The notes under the pieces were generated by a model. The model was given only the letters and a program-made list of their open reading frames with translations, was not told the origin of the DNA and did not search any database. Below, piece by piece: positions 8,683 through 17,991 of a stretch of DNA of 64,000 nucleotides. The translations under genes and the position numbers were made by a program. Source of the stretch: Longimicrobiales bacterium (GTDB lineage Bacteria; Gemmatimonadota; Gemmatimonadetes; Longimicrobiales; Gaopeijiaceae); assembly GCA_965203485.1 (NCBI GenBank), contig OZ241892.1:1216001-1280000 (forward strand), in the 5' to 3' direction. Each line of letters opens with the position of its first letter. The first letter of the stretch is position 1.

Positions 8683-10907
8683 CGGCGGTTGCGTGGCGAG
8701 AGGGCGGGAGAACGCCCGCTCTGGCGGTCGCAGACCGTCGTGGGCGCGGTTCCAGGAAGGTAGCGCTCGGTGTAGGCGTCCGCGTCCGGACACCAGCGCG
8801 AAGCCAGCGTGCCCGTCTTCTTGTCGATGCGCCGGCTGATCACTCCGCCGGGCCAAGGCCAGCGACCCGGAACCGGCAGGAGCGCAGGAGCCTCTTGGAC
8901 GGACGCCTCCTCCGCCAAGCTGTCGGCGACGAGCCCGGCCGCCCCTTCGCTTGCGGCCGGCGAGCCGTAGTAGAGGCGCTTCGCGAAATGGCCCCAGACC
9001 GGCGACGCGAACCGGCCGCCGGTGGCGCCTTCGACGATCGGCACCGGTTGCTCCATGCCGAACCACACGGCCGCCACCAAGTTGGGCGTGAAGCCGATGA
9101 ACCAGATGTCGCTGCCCTCGTTCGTGGTCCCGGTCTTGCCCGCCACCGGCACGTCGCGAGGAAGGCCGGCCAGCAGGCGCACGCCGGTGTAGCCGGTGCC
9201 GCGCGGATGGTCGGCCACGTCTTCGAGGAGCGAGACCACGAGCCGCGCCACCGCGGGGTCGAGCACGCGCTCCCGCTCGGGCCGCGGCTCCCAAAGGACT
9301 TCTCCTTCCGCGCTCTCGACGCGCACGATGGGGAAGGGGCGAACGCGCTCGCCCAGCGTCGCCAGCGTCGCGTACGCCTCGAGCATCTGAACCGGAACGA
9401 CCTCGGCGGCGCCGATCGTCGTGGAAGGGAAGGGCTCCACCTCGGTGCGGATCCCCATGCGGCGCGCCATTTGCGCGACCGACTCCAGGCCCACCTGCAT
9501 CCCCACCTTGATCGCAACCATGTTGATCGAGCGGACGAGCGCCTCGCGCATGGTGATCCAGCCCGCGAACTCGGGATTGTAGTTGCTCGGGCGCCACGTC
9601 GTGCCGTCCGGCTCGTCGAGCACGACGGGACCGTCCAGAACCAGCTCCGACGCCGGCACGCCGTTCTCCAGGGCCGCCGCGTAGACGAACGGCTTGAACG
9701 ACGACCCGGCTTGGCGGCGGGCCTGCGTTGCGCGGTTGAACTCGGACTGGGCGAAGTCGCGTCCGCCCACCATCGCCCGCACGTGGCCGGTCGCGGGGTC
9801 GGCGGCGACCAGCATGCCCTGCACGTAGGGCAGCGCCGCCGCTGCGCTCCCGCCGCTGTCGGAGAATTCGCGGTACCTGGGATGCGGATAGTCCGCCCAT
9901 CCCTCTATGCGGCTCCATCCGCCCTCCATCGCCGCTTCCGCGGCCATCTGCATGTCGAGGTCCAGCGTCGTGTGCACGCGGAGCCCGGCGGTGTTGAGCA
10001 GGCGGTTGCCGAACCGGTCGTCCACGATTCCGCGCACCCATTCCACGAAGTAGGGCGCCAGCGTCTCGACCGTCTGCGCGCGCTCGAGCGGGACCGGCTC
10101 CGCCTGCCACCGCTCGACTTCGGCGTCGGTCAAGTAGCCCTCGCGGCCCATCAGCGCCAGCACGAGATTGCGGCGGCGGCGGGCGGCTTCCGGGTGCCGA
10201 AGCGGCGTGTAGTGCTCGGGCAGATTGGCGACGGCCGCCAGCAGCGCCGCCTCCGCCGGATTGATGTCCGTGGCGTTCTTGCCGAAGTAGTTCCTCGAAG
10301 CCGTCTGGATGCCGTACCAGCCGTGCGCCAAGCCGATCTGGTTCATGTACGCTTCGATGATCTGCTCCTTCGTGTACGCCTGCTCGAGCGCGATGGCGAC
10401 CTGCCATTCCTTGAGCTTGCGCACGATCCGCTTCTCGAACCCCAGGCTCTCCGTCCACATGTGGCGGGCCAGCTGCTGGGTGATCGTGCTTCCGCCGCCT
10501 CCCGAGAGCGACCGCGTGCGCGCGGCCTCGATCACGGCGCGGCCGATTCCTCGCCAGTCCAGTCCCTCGTGGCTGTAGAAGCGGCGGTCCTCGACGGCGA
10601 TGAACGCCTGCGGCACGTGCGCCGGCAGGTCGGAAAGCGCCGCCGGCGTGCGCCGCTCGACGCCGATCTCGTCCACCAAGCGTCCGTCGCGAGCGTATAT
10701 CTTGCTCGTCAGGCTCGGCTCGTAGGTGTAGATTTGCGCGATGGACGGGCAGTCGTTGCACAAGTTCCGCCATGCCCCCGCCGTCGCGCCGACGAGTCCC
10801 GCGGCCAGGAAGAGAAGCACGAGCCAGAGCGCGTTCGGGACGCGGGCTATCCAAGCCCGGCCGCGGGCGGTCGGCCGCAGGCGTTTCTTTTTCGGGCGTG
10901 CGGACAC
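8679..10907 (-). CDS. Class A penicillin-binding protein (PBP1A family)
   Basis: Transglycosylase motifs EDRRFY.H.G.D, GGSTITQQL, RKLKE; transpeptidase SSFK, SIN, KTGT; GTG start inferred. Confidence 0.95.
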   Translation of the reverse strand: MSARPKKKRLRPTARGRAWIARVPNALWLVLLFLAAGLVGATAGAWRNLCNDCPSIAQIYTYEPSLTSKIYARDGRLVDEIGVERRTPAALSDLPAHVPQAFIAVEDRRFYSHEGLDWRGIGRAVIEAARTRSLSGGGGSTITQQLARHMWTESLGFEKRIVRKLKEWQVAIALEQAYTKEQIIEAYMNQIGLAHGWYGIQTASRNYFGKNATDINPAEAALLAAVANLPEHYTPLRHPEAARRRRNLVLALMGREGYLTDAEVERWQAEPVPLERAQTVETLAPYFVEWVRGIVDDRFGNRLLNTAGLRVHTTLDLDMQMAAEAAMEGGWSRIEGWADYPHPRYREFSDSGGSAAAALPYVQGMLVAADPATGHVRAMVGGRDFAQSEFNRATQARRQAGSSFKPFVYAAALENGVPASELVLDGPVVLDEPDGTTWRPSNYNPEFAGWITMREALVRSINMVAIKVGMQVGLESVAQMARRMGIRTEVEPFPSTTIGAAEVVPVQMLEAYATLATLGERVRPFPIVRVESAEGEVLWEPRPERERVLDPAVARLVVSLLEDVADHPRGTGYTGVRLLAGLPRDVPVAGKTGTTNEGSDIWFIGFTPNLVAAVWFGMEQPVPIVEGATGGRFASPVWGHFAKRLYYGSPAASEGAAGLVADSLAEEASVQEAPALLPVPGRWPWPGGVISRRIDKKTGTLASRWCPDADAYTERYLPGTAPTTVCDRQSGRSPALSPRNRR

Positions 10908-10908
10908 G

Positions 10909-12273
10909 TTGAGACCTGCATCGGTCGCGGGAGACGAAGCGGCGCGCCGGGCAAATCTAATCGTCCGGCCGCACCGGGCCTTCCGGCGGTTTCGGCCCGC
11001 GGCGAAGGGCTTCGCCTTCTCGGCGGGCGCGGCCGTTGCGCTGGCGGCGGGCGGAGGTTGCGCCGAAGCCCCGGCCCCGGTAGTCGTCGGCGACGCCCGG
11101 CTGGCCCCGTTGGCCGCAAGGCTGCTTCGCGACGTGGAGCGGGCATCCGGCCTGCGAGCCGTCGGCCGGCTTCGCGTCGCGGCCAAGTCCAGAGGCGAGC
11201 TGGAGACGTTCCTCGCCGAGAAGATCGCCGAGGAGATGCCGGCGCCGGACCAAGCCGCGGCTCCGTACGTGCTGCTGGGGCTGCTCGAGCCCGGCGCCGA
11301 CTTGGGCGAACTGATGCTGTCGCTTCACCTCGAGCAGGTGGCGGGCTTCTACGAGCCGGATTCGGCCGCGCTCTTCGTGCTCGCCGACCACCCCGAAGCG
11401 CTCTTGGAGCCGCTTCTGGTCCACGAACTCGTGCACGCGCTCCAGGACCAGCACGTCGGCCTGGACTCCTTGACGGCGCGGCGGCGAGGCGCAGACGCCC
11501 GCGCGGCCGCCCGCGCGGCTATCGAGGGTCATGCCATGCTGGCCGCGGCCGAGTGGAGCGGCGCCCCCGACGCGCGCAGGTCGGCGGACGCGTTGCGCGC
11601 CGCCGTTCTCGCCGACGCGGGCGCCCGCTACCCGTTGTTGGCCGCCGCTCCGGCCGTGGTTCGCGAGAGCGTGCTGTTCCCGTACGTGGAAGGGATGCGG
11701 TTTGCGCGCGCCGCGTGGGTCCGGGACCGGAACCGGGCCGCGGCGCTGACCGTTCGGATGCCTCGGTCCACGGAGCAAGTGTTCCATCCGGACAAGCTGT
11801 GGGGCGCGTCCCCCGACCTGCCGGTCGCGCTCGCTTTCTCGTTCTCCGGCGACGACGGGCCCGTGCCGCTGGCGGCGTCCGGCGACGCGTCGGCGCCGGG
11901 TGCGGTCGGGGAGCGCCCGTCGCCTTTCCGGCCGCGGCTCGGGAGCGTGCGCGAGGACGTTCTGGGCCACTTGGAGCTCGGCTTGGTCGCCGAGGCGTGG
12001 GGAGGCGACCGGTCGATGGCCGACGGCTGGGCGGGCGACAGGTACGCGCTGTTTGGTTCGCCGGGCCGCTGGTCGCTCCGCTGGGTAGTGGCGTGGGACG
12101 ACCGCGCGCGCAGGGACGCTTTCCTCGGCTGGGCGAAGGACGCTCCGGGAAGGCCGTCCGGCTTGGCGCTGCGGGCGCTGGAGGTCGGCGGCTTGGCCGC
12201 GCTCGAGGTCGTGGCGGGCGCGCCGCCGGCGTGGGTGGTTCGCGTCGCGCGGGACGGCGGGCCGGGGCCGTGA
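10909..12273 (+). CDS. Putative zincin metallopeptidase lipoprotein
   Basis: HELVHALQDQH plus downstream EGHA; FPY.EG.RF and P.STEQV.HP motifs; lipobox-like AGGG-C; start uncertain. Confidence 0.75.
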   Translation: MRPASVAGDEAARRANLIVRPHRAFRRFRPAAKGFAFSAGAAVALAAGGGCAEAPAPVVVGDARLAPLAARLLRDVERASGLRAVGRLRVAAKSRGELETFLAEKIAEEMPAPDQAAAPYVLLGLLEPGADLGELMLSLHLEQVAGFYEPDSAALFVLADHPEALLEPLLVHELVHALQDQHVGLDSLTARRRGADARAAARAAIEGHAMLAAAEWSGAPDARRSADALRAAVLADAGARYPLLAAAPAVVRESVLFPYVEGMRFARAAWVRDRNRAAALTVRMPRSTEQVFHPDKLWGASPDLPVALAFSFSGDDGPVPLAASGDASAPGAVGERPSPFRPRLGSVREDVLGHLELGLVAEAWGGDRSMADGWAGDRYALFGSPGRWSLRWVVAWDDRARRDAFLGWAKDAPGRPSGLALRALEVGGLAALEVVAGAPPAWVVRVARDGGPGP

Positions 12274-13430
12274 CGCCGGCGGGCGGGGCGGGGTTGGGCG
12301 AGGCGCGGCAGTCGGACGGCGGGGCGGGGCGGCTGCGGGAGATTGCCGTGGGCTCGGCCTCGGGAGGGTACGCGGTGCACGTGGGGCGGGGCGCCCTCGA
12401 GAGGGCCGGGCCGGCGGCGATGCGGGCCGCGCCGTCGGGACGGTGCGCGCTGATCGCGGACGACGAGGTGGCGGCGCTTTGGGGGGACTTGGTGGAGAGG
12501 GCGCTAGCCGACGCGGGCGCGGGCGTGGTGCGGGCGTCGTTCCCGCCGGGCGAAGCGCACAAGACGCGGGCGACGTGGGCGCGCCTGACCGATGCGCTCC
12601 TGGATGCCGGCCTGGGCCGCGACTCCTGCGTCGTGGCTCTGGGCGGAGGCGTGACCGGCGACTTGGCCGGGTTCGTCGCGGCCACGTATCTGCGAGGAGT
12701 GCCCGTGTTGCAGATTCCGACGACGACGCTTGCGATGATCGACGCGTCCGTGGGCGGCAAGACGGGCGTCGACCACCCGCTCGGCAAGAACCTTGTGGGG
12801 GCGTTTCATCCGCCCTGCGGCGTGTTGGCGGATCCGCGCTTTCTCAGCACGTTGCCCGGCGGCGCCAGGGCCGAGGGCTTCGCGGAAGCCGTCAAGCACG
12901 GCGTGGTCGCCGACGCTCGCTACGCCTCCTGGCTGGCGGCGAACGCGGCGTCGCTCATGAGCGTCGAGGGCCACGCGGTGGAACGGGCCGTAGCGAGGTC
13001 CGTGGAGATCAAGGCCGGGATCGTGTCCGGCGACGAGTTCGAAGCGGGCCGGCGACAGGTCCTCAACTTCGGACACACCGTCGGGCACGCGCTCGAAGCC
13101 GCCTCGGACTACTCTCTGGCGCACGGGCGGGCGGTTGCCGCCGGAATGGTGGCGGAAGCCCGCATCGGCGAGGCGATGGGGGTCACGGCTTCGGGCACCG
13201 CCGACGAGGTGGCCGCGATGGTTCGCGCCTTCGGACTGTCTCCCCGTTGGCCGGCGCCCGCGAATCCGGACCGGCTCGCGCGGCTGATGTCGAGCGACAA
13301 GAAGACGAGGGGCGGCGTCGTGCACGTCGTGCTTCTGGCGGAAGTGGGCAGCGTCCACGGCGCGCGAGGGACGGCCACGCCGCTGCCGGCCGACGAGCTC
13401 GCGCGCATCGTCGGGGCGTGGAAGGCGTGA
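12270..13430 (+). CDS. aroB: 3-dehydroquinate synthase
   Basis: GEAHKT, GGGVTGDLAGF, PTTTLAMIDASVGGKTG, KNLVGAFH, LNFGHTVGHA. Confidence 0.96.
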   Translation: MTPAGGAGLGEARQSDGGAGRLREIAVGSASGGYAVHVGRGALERAGPAAMRAAPSGRCALIADDEVAALWGDLVERALADAGAGVVRASFPPGEAHKTRATWARLTDALLDAGLGRDSCVVALGGGVTGDLAGFVAATYLRGVPVLQIPTTTLAMIDASVGGKTGVDHPLGKNLVGAFHPPCGVLADPRFLSTLPGGARAEGFAEAVKHGVVADARYASWLAANAASLMSVEGHAVERAVARSVEIKAGIVSGDEFEAGRRQVLNFGHTVGHALEAASDYSLAHGRAVAAGMVAEARIGEAMGVTASGTADEVAAMVRAFGLSPRWPAPANPDRLARLMSSDKKTRGGVVHVVLLAEVGSVHGARGTATPLPADELARIVGAWKA

Positions 13431-13629
13431 CGGCGCCGCCGGGTCCCGGCCAGGGCGGACAGCCAACCAGGAGGCCGCGCGGCGGACGCTCGCGGGCGCA
13501 CCGCGGGGGGACCCGCGTGAACGCGGCGCGCGCCGGCGCCGGGAAAGCCCTCACGCCCGGCCTCGCGCGTCCGCCGATTGACTCCGGGGTCGCAATTCGC
13601 CAGAATCCCCGAAGCCCGTCGCGGACGGC

Positions 13630-15261
13630 ATGTCGGCCGGAGGACACATGGCGCCACCCGAGCGCTCGCAGGACATCTTGATATCGTCGCTCTTGGCCCG
13701 GCAAGCCGCGGAACGCCCGTCGGCCCCCTTCCTGTTGCCGGACGCCGCCCCGCTTTCCTACGGCGAAGTGGAGCGGCAGGCCACTGCCTTGGCGGCGTCG
13801 CTCGCCGGTCTGGGCGTCGGCCCGGGCGACCGAATCGCCTTGGTGCTTCCCGCGTGGCCGGAGTTCGCGATCGCCGCCTTCGCCGCGGCCAAGCTAGGGG
13901 CTCCGCTCGTGCCCCTGGATCCGCGCCTTTCGGCGACCGACCTTCGCTACCGCCTCCGGCATTCCGGGGCCGCCTGCGCCGTCTCGGCCGAAGACGCCTA
14001 CGGCACCGACTACCTGCAGATCTTTGAAGACCTTCTCGTCGCCCTGCCGGAGCTGCAGCACGTCGTCACCGTCGGCGAGGAAGACCTCTGGCACGACGAC
14101 CGCATCTTTCAGTGGGAGGACCTGCTCTCGGCGGGCGAAGGCCGCCCTTTCGCGCCGGCGCCGGGCGCTCCGGCCGCTCCGTTCGCGATCCTCTACACGT
14201 CCGGCGCCTCGGGCAAGCCCAAGGGCGTCGAGCTGAGCCACGCCAACGTGGCGCACGCGGCTTCCGAAACCGTCGCGGCCGTCGGCTTGCGGGCCGACGA
14301 CGTCGTGGTGGGAGTCACTGCGCTGTTCCACGTCTTCGGCTTGGGTCCGGGGCTCGTCGGCACCTTGACGGCCGGAGCGAGCTTGGCGCTCCAGGACGGA
14401 TTCGACGCCGCCGAGACCCTGCGCCTGATGGACCGGCATCGCGCGACCGTTCACTACGGGGTGCCCACGCTGTTCGCGATGGAGCTGGACGAGGCCGAGC
14501 GCCGGGGACGCATGCCGGGTTCCGTGCGCGTCTGCGTGGCCTCGGGCGCGCCTGTCCGGCCCGCCTTGGCGCGGCGGATCGAAGAAGGGTTCGGCGCGCC
14601 GCTGCTCGTCGCCTACTCGTTGACCGAAGCCGCGTCCACCTTGGCCGTGACCCTCCCGGAGGATCCAGCCGACAAGCGCGCGTCGACGCTCGGGCGTCCG
14701 GTCAAGGACACCAGCGTGCGCGTCACCGGGGAAGACGGCGAAGCGCTGCCGCCCGAGAGCGTGGGCGAACTCTGGGTGAGAGGCCCCGGCGTCATGAGCG
14801 GCTATCACCGGCAACCGAGGGAAACCGCTCAGGTCTTCGACGACGACGGGTACCTGCCCACGGGCGACATCGGCATGGTCGACGCGGACGGGTACCTCCA
14901 CTTGGTCGGGCGGCGCAACGACGTGATCATCCGGGGCGGCCACAACGTGCACCCGAGCGAAGTCGAGGATCGTCTTGTCGCGCATCCCGCCGTGGACCGC
15001 GCCGCGGTGGTCGGCGTCTCGGACTCCGTGCTGGGGGACGCCATCTGCGCGTGCGTCGTGCTGGTCGAGGGCGGCGTGGCGACGGCGGAGGAGCTGCGCG
15101 AATGGGGCGCCGTGACGCTCGCCGCGTACAAGTTGCCCGACTCGGTTACCTTCTTGGACGACCTTCCCTTGACGACCACCGGCGCCGTCTCTCGCGCCGA
15201 GCTGGCACGCTTGGTGGCGCCGGAGGGACTCGACGCGCGAAGGCAGAACGAAGACAACTGA
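13630..15261 (+). CDS. AMP-binding acyl-CoA synthetase / class I adenylate-forming enzyme
   Basis: YTSGASGKPKG, YSLTE, TGD, GR..D.IIRGGHN motifs. Confidence 0.9.
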   Translation: MSAGGHMAPPERSQDILISSLLARQAAERPSAPFLLPDAAPLSYGEVERQATALAASLAGLGVGPGDRIALVLPAWPEFAIAAFAAAKLGAPLVPLDPRLSATDLRYRLRHSGAACAVSAEDAYGTDYLQIFEDLLVALPELQHVVTVGEEDLWHDDRIFQWEDLLSAGEGRPFAPAPGAPAAPFAILYTSGASGKPKGVELSHANVAHAASETVAAVGLRADDVVVGVTALFHVFGLGPGLVGTLTAGASLALQDGFDAAETLRLMDRHRATVHYGVPTLFAMELDEAERRGRMPGSVRVCVASGAPVRPALARRIEEGFGAPLLVAYSLTEAASTLAVTLPEDPADKRASTLGRPVKDTSVRVTGEDGEALPPESVGELWVRGPGVMSGYHRQPRETAQVFDDDGYLPTGDIGMVDADGYLHLVGRRNDVIIRGGHNVHPSEVEDRLVAHPAVDRAAVVGVSDSVLGDAICACVVLVEGGVATAEELREWGAVTLAAYKLPDSVTFLDDLPLTTTGAVSRAELARLVAPEGLDARRQNEDN

Positions 15262-17207
15262 TGCCCAACCCCTTTGTGCGGGTGCCTCACGGCGACCGCA
15301 GACCCACGGCGGCCGACGCGCCCAACGCCGCGTTGCTCATCGACTTCGACAACGTCACGATGGGCATGAGAAGCGACTTGGCGAACGAACTCAGGACGCT
15401 TCTCGGCTCCGACATCATCAAGGGCAAGGTCACGGTGCAGCGGGCGTACGCCGACTGGCGGCGGTATCCGCAGTACATCGTTCCGCTCTCGGAAGCCTCG
15501 ATAGACTTGATCTTCGCCCCGGCCTACGGAAGCTCGAAGAAGAACGCGACCGACATTCGGATGGCCATCGACGGCATCGAACTCGTCTTCATCCGGCCCG
15601 AGATCGGCACCTTCATTCTGCTCACGGGAGATTCGGACTTCTCGAGCCTGGTGCTGAAGCTCAAGGAGTACGGCAAGTACGTCATAGGGATTGGGATTCA
15701 GGAGTCCAGCTCGGACATTCTGGTCCAGAACTGCGACGAGTACTACTCGTATACGGCCCTCGCCGGGCTGAGCAAGACGTCCGACGGCAAGCCGGCAACC
15801 GCCGACCCCTGGCAGTCCGTGAGCGAGGCCGTGCAGCGGATGGCCGCCCGCGGCGACGTGATGCGCTCGGACCGGTTGAAGCAGGTGCTGATCGAGATCG
15901 CGCCCGGCTTCGACGAACGAAACCTGGGCTTCAGAAAGTTCTCGCGCTTCCTCGTCGAAGCGTCCCGGAAGGGCCTGCTGGCGATCGAACGCGGCCAGAA
16001 CGGACAGTACGCCGTTGCGTTGCCCGGGGATGCAGGGGGAAAGGCGTCCGGGTCCGCGCGGACGGGCAAGACGGCGCAAGCCCAGCCCAGGCGCGGCGGT
16101 GGACGGCGCGGCGGACGCGACGAGACGAACGGCGACGGGGCCTCGGTCGCGGCGGACACGGCGCCTGCGCTCGGCCTCCTGCGCCGCGCGCTGGAGGCGG
16201 CGGGCGAGGACGGCAGGAGCCAGGTGCGGGACTCGACCATCAAGCGCAGGCTGCTGGCCTTGGACGCCGACTTCGACGAGGGCGCCCTGGGGTTCGCCAA
16301 GTTCAGCAAGTTTCTCCACTTCGCGGCGGACCGCGGCGAGGTCGAGTTGCTGCCGCTCGACGGTGGCGGCTTCGACGTCCGTCTTTCCCGCGCGGACGCC
16401 GACAAGAGATCGCCGCCCTCCCGGCAAGGCGCCGGCGCCTCTCCTTCTCGAGTGGACGCGAAGTCGCTGGGCTTGCCGCACACCAAGGATGCCATGGAGA
16501 GCTACTTGGCGAACCGGTACCGCGGTGTGGGCGCCAAGACCGCCGAAGCGCTCGTGAGCAAGTTCGGCGCCGACTTGTTCGCCGTGATGCAGGACGATCC
16601 GGCCAAGGTGCGGGCGCTCCTTCCGCGGACCCGGGCCGACCGGGTGCTTCACGCCTGGGAGGTCGACTACACGCGACGCGTCGGGCAAGCCAAGCCCAAG
16701 GCCCGGGCCGCGCGGCCGGCGGACCCGGAAGCGTCGGCGCAGGTTGTCGGCGGGGCGGGGCCGCCGGGGGCGGATCCCCCGTCTTCGGCTCGGCGAGGAC
16801 GCACCGGCGGCGACCACGGGGGGCGCGGCCGGGCCGTCTCTTCCGGGGACGCGGCCTCCGGACGGCCTCCGCGGGAGAGCCCCCGCCGAAGCGGCTCCCG
16901 CGCGGCGGCCGCGCGCGACGCCGAGAGGCCGAGGGGGGAGCGCCGGCGAAGCGGAGCCGCGCCGGGCGCCCCCCGCCCGGAGCACGGCGGCTCCGCCGCT
17001 CCCGCAGGCCCAGCGGCGGCGAGCGCGGACGGTTCCCACGTCGCGGCGCGCGGTGCCGAGGGCGGGGCGGACGGCTCGCGGCCGGAGGGAGGCGGGCGGG
17101 ACTCCAGCGCCAAGAAGCCGACCGGACTCGTCGGCTTCCTCAAGCAAGCTGCCCGGCGCACGCGAGGCCGCGGGACGGGCGACGACCGAGAGCGGAGAGG
17201 TCGGTAA
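15261..17207 (+). CDS. NYN (PIN-like) domain protein with two LOTUS/OST-HTH domains, an HhH domain and a disordered tail
   Basis: DFDN, AYADW, KNATDI..AID, TGDSDF; two FDE..LGF.KFS.FL motifs; YL.NRYRGVG.KTAE.LV..FG. Confidence 0.85.
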   Translation: MPNPFVRVPHGDRRPTAADAPNAALLIDFDNVTMGMRSDLANELRTLLGSDIIKGKVTVQRAYADWRRYPQYIVPLSEASIDLIFAPAYGSSKKNATDIRMAIDGIELVFIRPEIGTFILLTGDSDFSSLVLKLKEYGKYVIGIGIQESSSDILVQNCDEYYSYTALAGLSKTSDGKPATADPWQSVSEAVQRMAARGDVMRSDRLKQVLIEIAPGFDERNLGFRKFSRFLVEASRKGLLAIERGQNGQYAVALPGDAGGKASGSARTGKTAQAQPRRGGGRRGGRDETNGDGASVAADTAPALGLLRRALEAAGEDGRSQVRDSTIKRRLLALDADFDEGALGFAKFSKFLHFAADRGEVELLPLDGGGFDVRLSRADADKRSPPSRQGAGASPSRVDAKSLGLPHTKDAMESYLANRYRGVGAKTAEALVSKFGADLFAVMQDDPAKVRALLPRTRADRVLHAWEVDYTRRVGQAKPKARAARPADPEASAQVVGGAGPPGADPPSSARRGRTGGDHGGRGRAVSSGDAASGRPPRESPRRSGSRAAAARDAERPRGERRRSGAAPGAPRPEHGGSAAPAGPAAASADGSHVAARGAEGGADGSRPEGGGRDSSAKKPTGLVGFLKQAARRTRGRGTGDDRERRGR

Positions 17208-17318
17208 GACCCTGCTTCGCGCGCGCCGGGGCCGTGCTTCGGCTCCCGGCTGAGCATCGCCACGGGGCGCCGCGAGCGGAGCGTCGCCAGGTCCGAGTCC
17301 TTGTTGCAGTCGGCGTCC

Positions 17319-17987
17319 ATGGTTAACTTTGCAACGCAAAGTCATTCGGCGCCGGAGGCGAGCAGATGGAACGACGAGACGACGGAGGCCGCATCGGACG
17401 GGGCGGACGCCCTGCCCCCCGGCTTCTTCGAAGGAGACTGCGCGGAGATCGCCCGCAACCTGCTGGGCGCGATCCTGGCGTCCACCGTGGACGGCCGGGC
17501 CGCCAGCGGCGTGGTCGTGGAGACGGAGGCGTACGTGGGGCCGCACGACCCGGCCAGCCACGCCCGCGCCTCCACGGGCCGGACCGCCCGCAACGAGTCC
17601 ATGTTCGGAGACGGCGGCACCCTTTACGTCTACCTGTCGCACGGGTTGCACCATTGCGCGAACGTCGTGACTGGTCGGCGCGGATACCCGTCGGCCGTGC
17701 TGGTCCGGGCGCTCGCGCCCGTGGACGGGCTCGGGGTCATGGCGGCGCGGCGCGGGCGGAAGACCGATCTCTGCAACGGGCCGGGCCGCCTCTGCCAAGC
17801 GCTGGGCATCACGCTCAGCCACGACGGCCGCTCGCTTTCCCGGCCGCCCGTGCGGTTGCTCGCGGGTCGGCCGTTGCGCAACGCGGACGTCGGCGTCTCC
17901 GGCCGCATCGGCGTCTCCAGGGCGGCGGACTGGCCGCTTCGATTCTTCGTCAGGGGGCACCCCTGCGTGAGGGCGCCCAGGGAGTAG
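17319..17987 (+). CDS. mpg: DNA-3-methyladenine glycosylase (AAG/MPG family)
   Basis: VETEAY.G..DPASH, YVYLSHGLHHCANVV, AVLVRA, NGPGRLCQALGI, RIGVS; start uncertain. Confidence 0.93.
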   Translation: MVNFATQSHSAPEASRWNDETTEAASDGADALPPGFFEGDCAEIARNLLGAILASTVDGRAASGVVVETEAYVGPHDPASHARASTGRTARNESMFGDGGTLYVYLSHGLHHCANVVTGRRGYPSAVLVRALAPVDGLGVMAARRGRKTDLCNGPGRLCQALGITLSHDGRSLSRPPVRLLAGRPLRNADVGVSGRIGVSRAADWPLRFFVRGHPCVRAPRE

Positions 17988-17991
17988 CGAC

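Noticed and set aside
17301..17335. GTTGCA-N21-TGCAAC palindrome and promoter-like boxes at the mpg start
   Set aside because: Overlaps the only plausible start codon and matches no operator I can name; too weak
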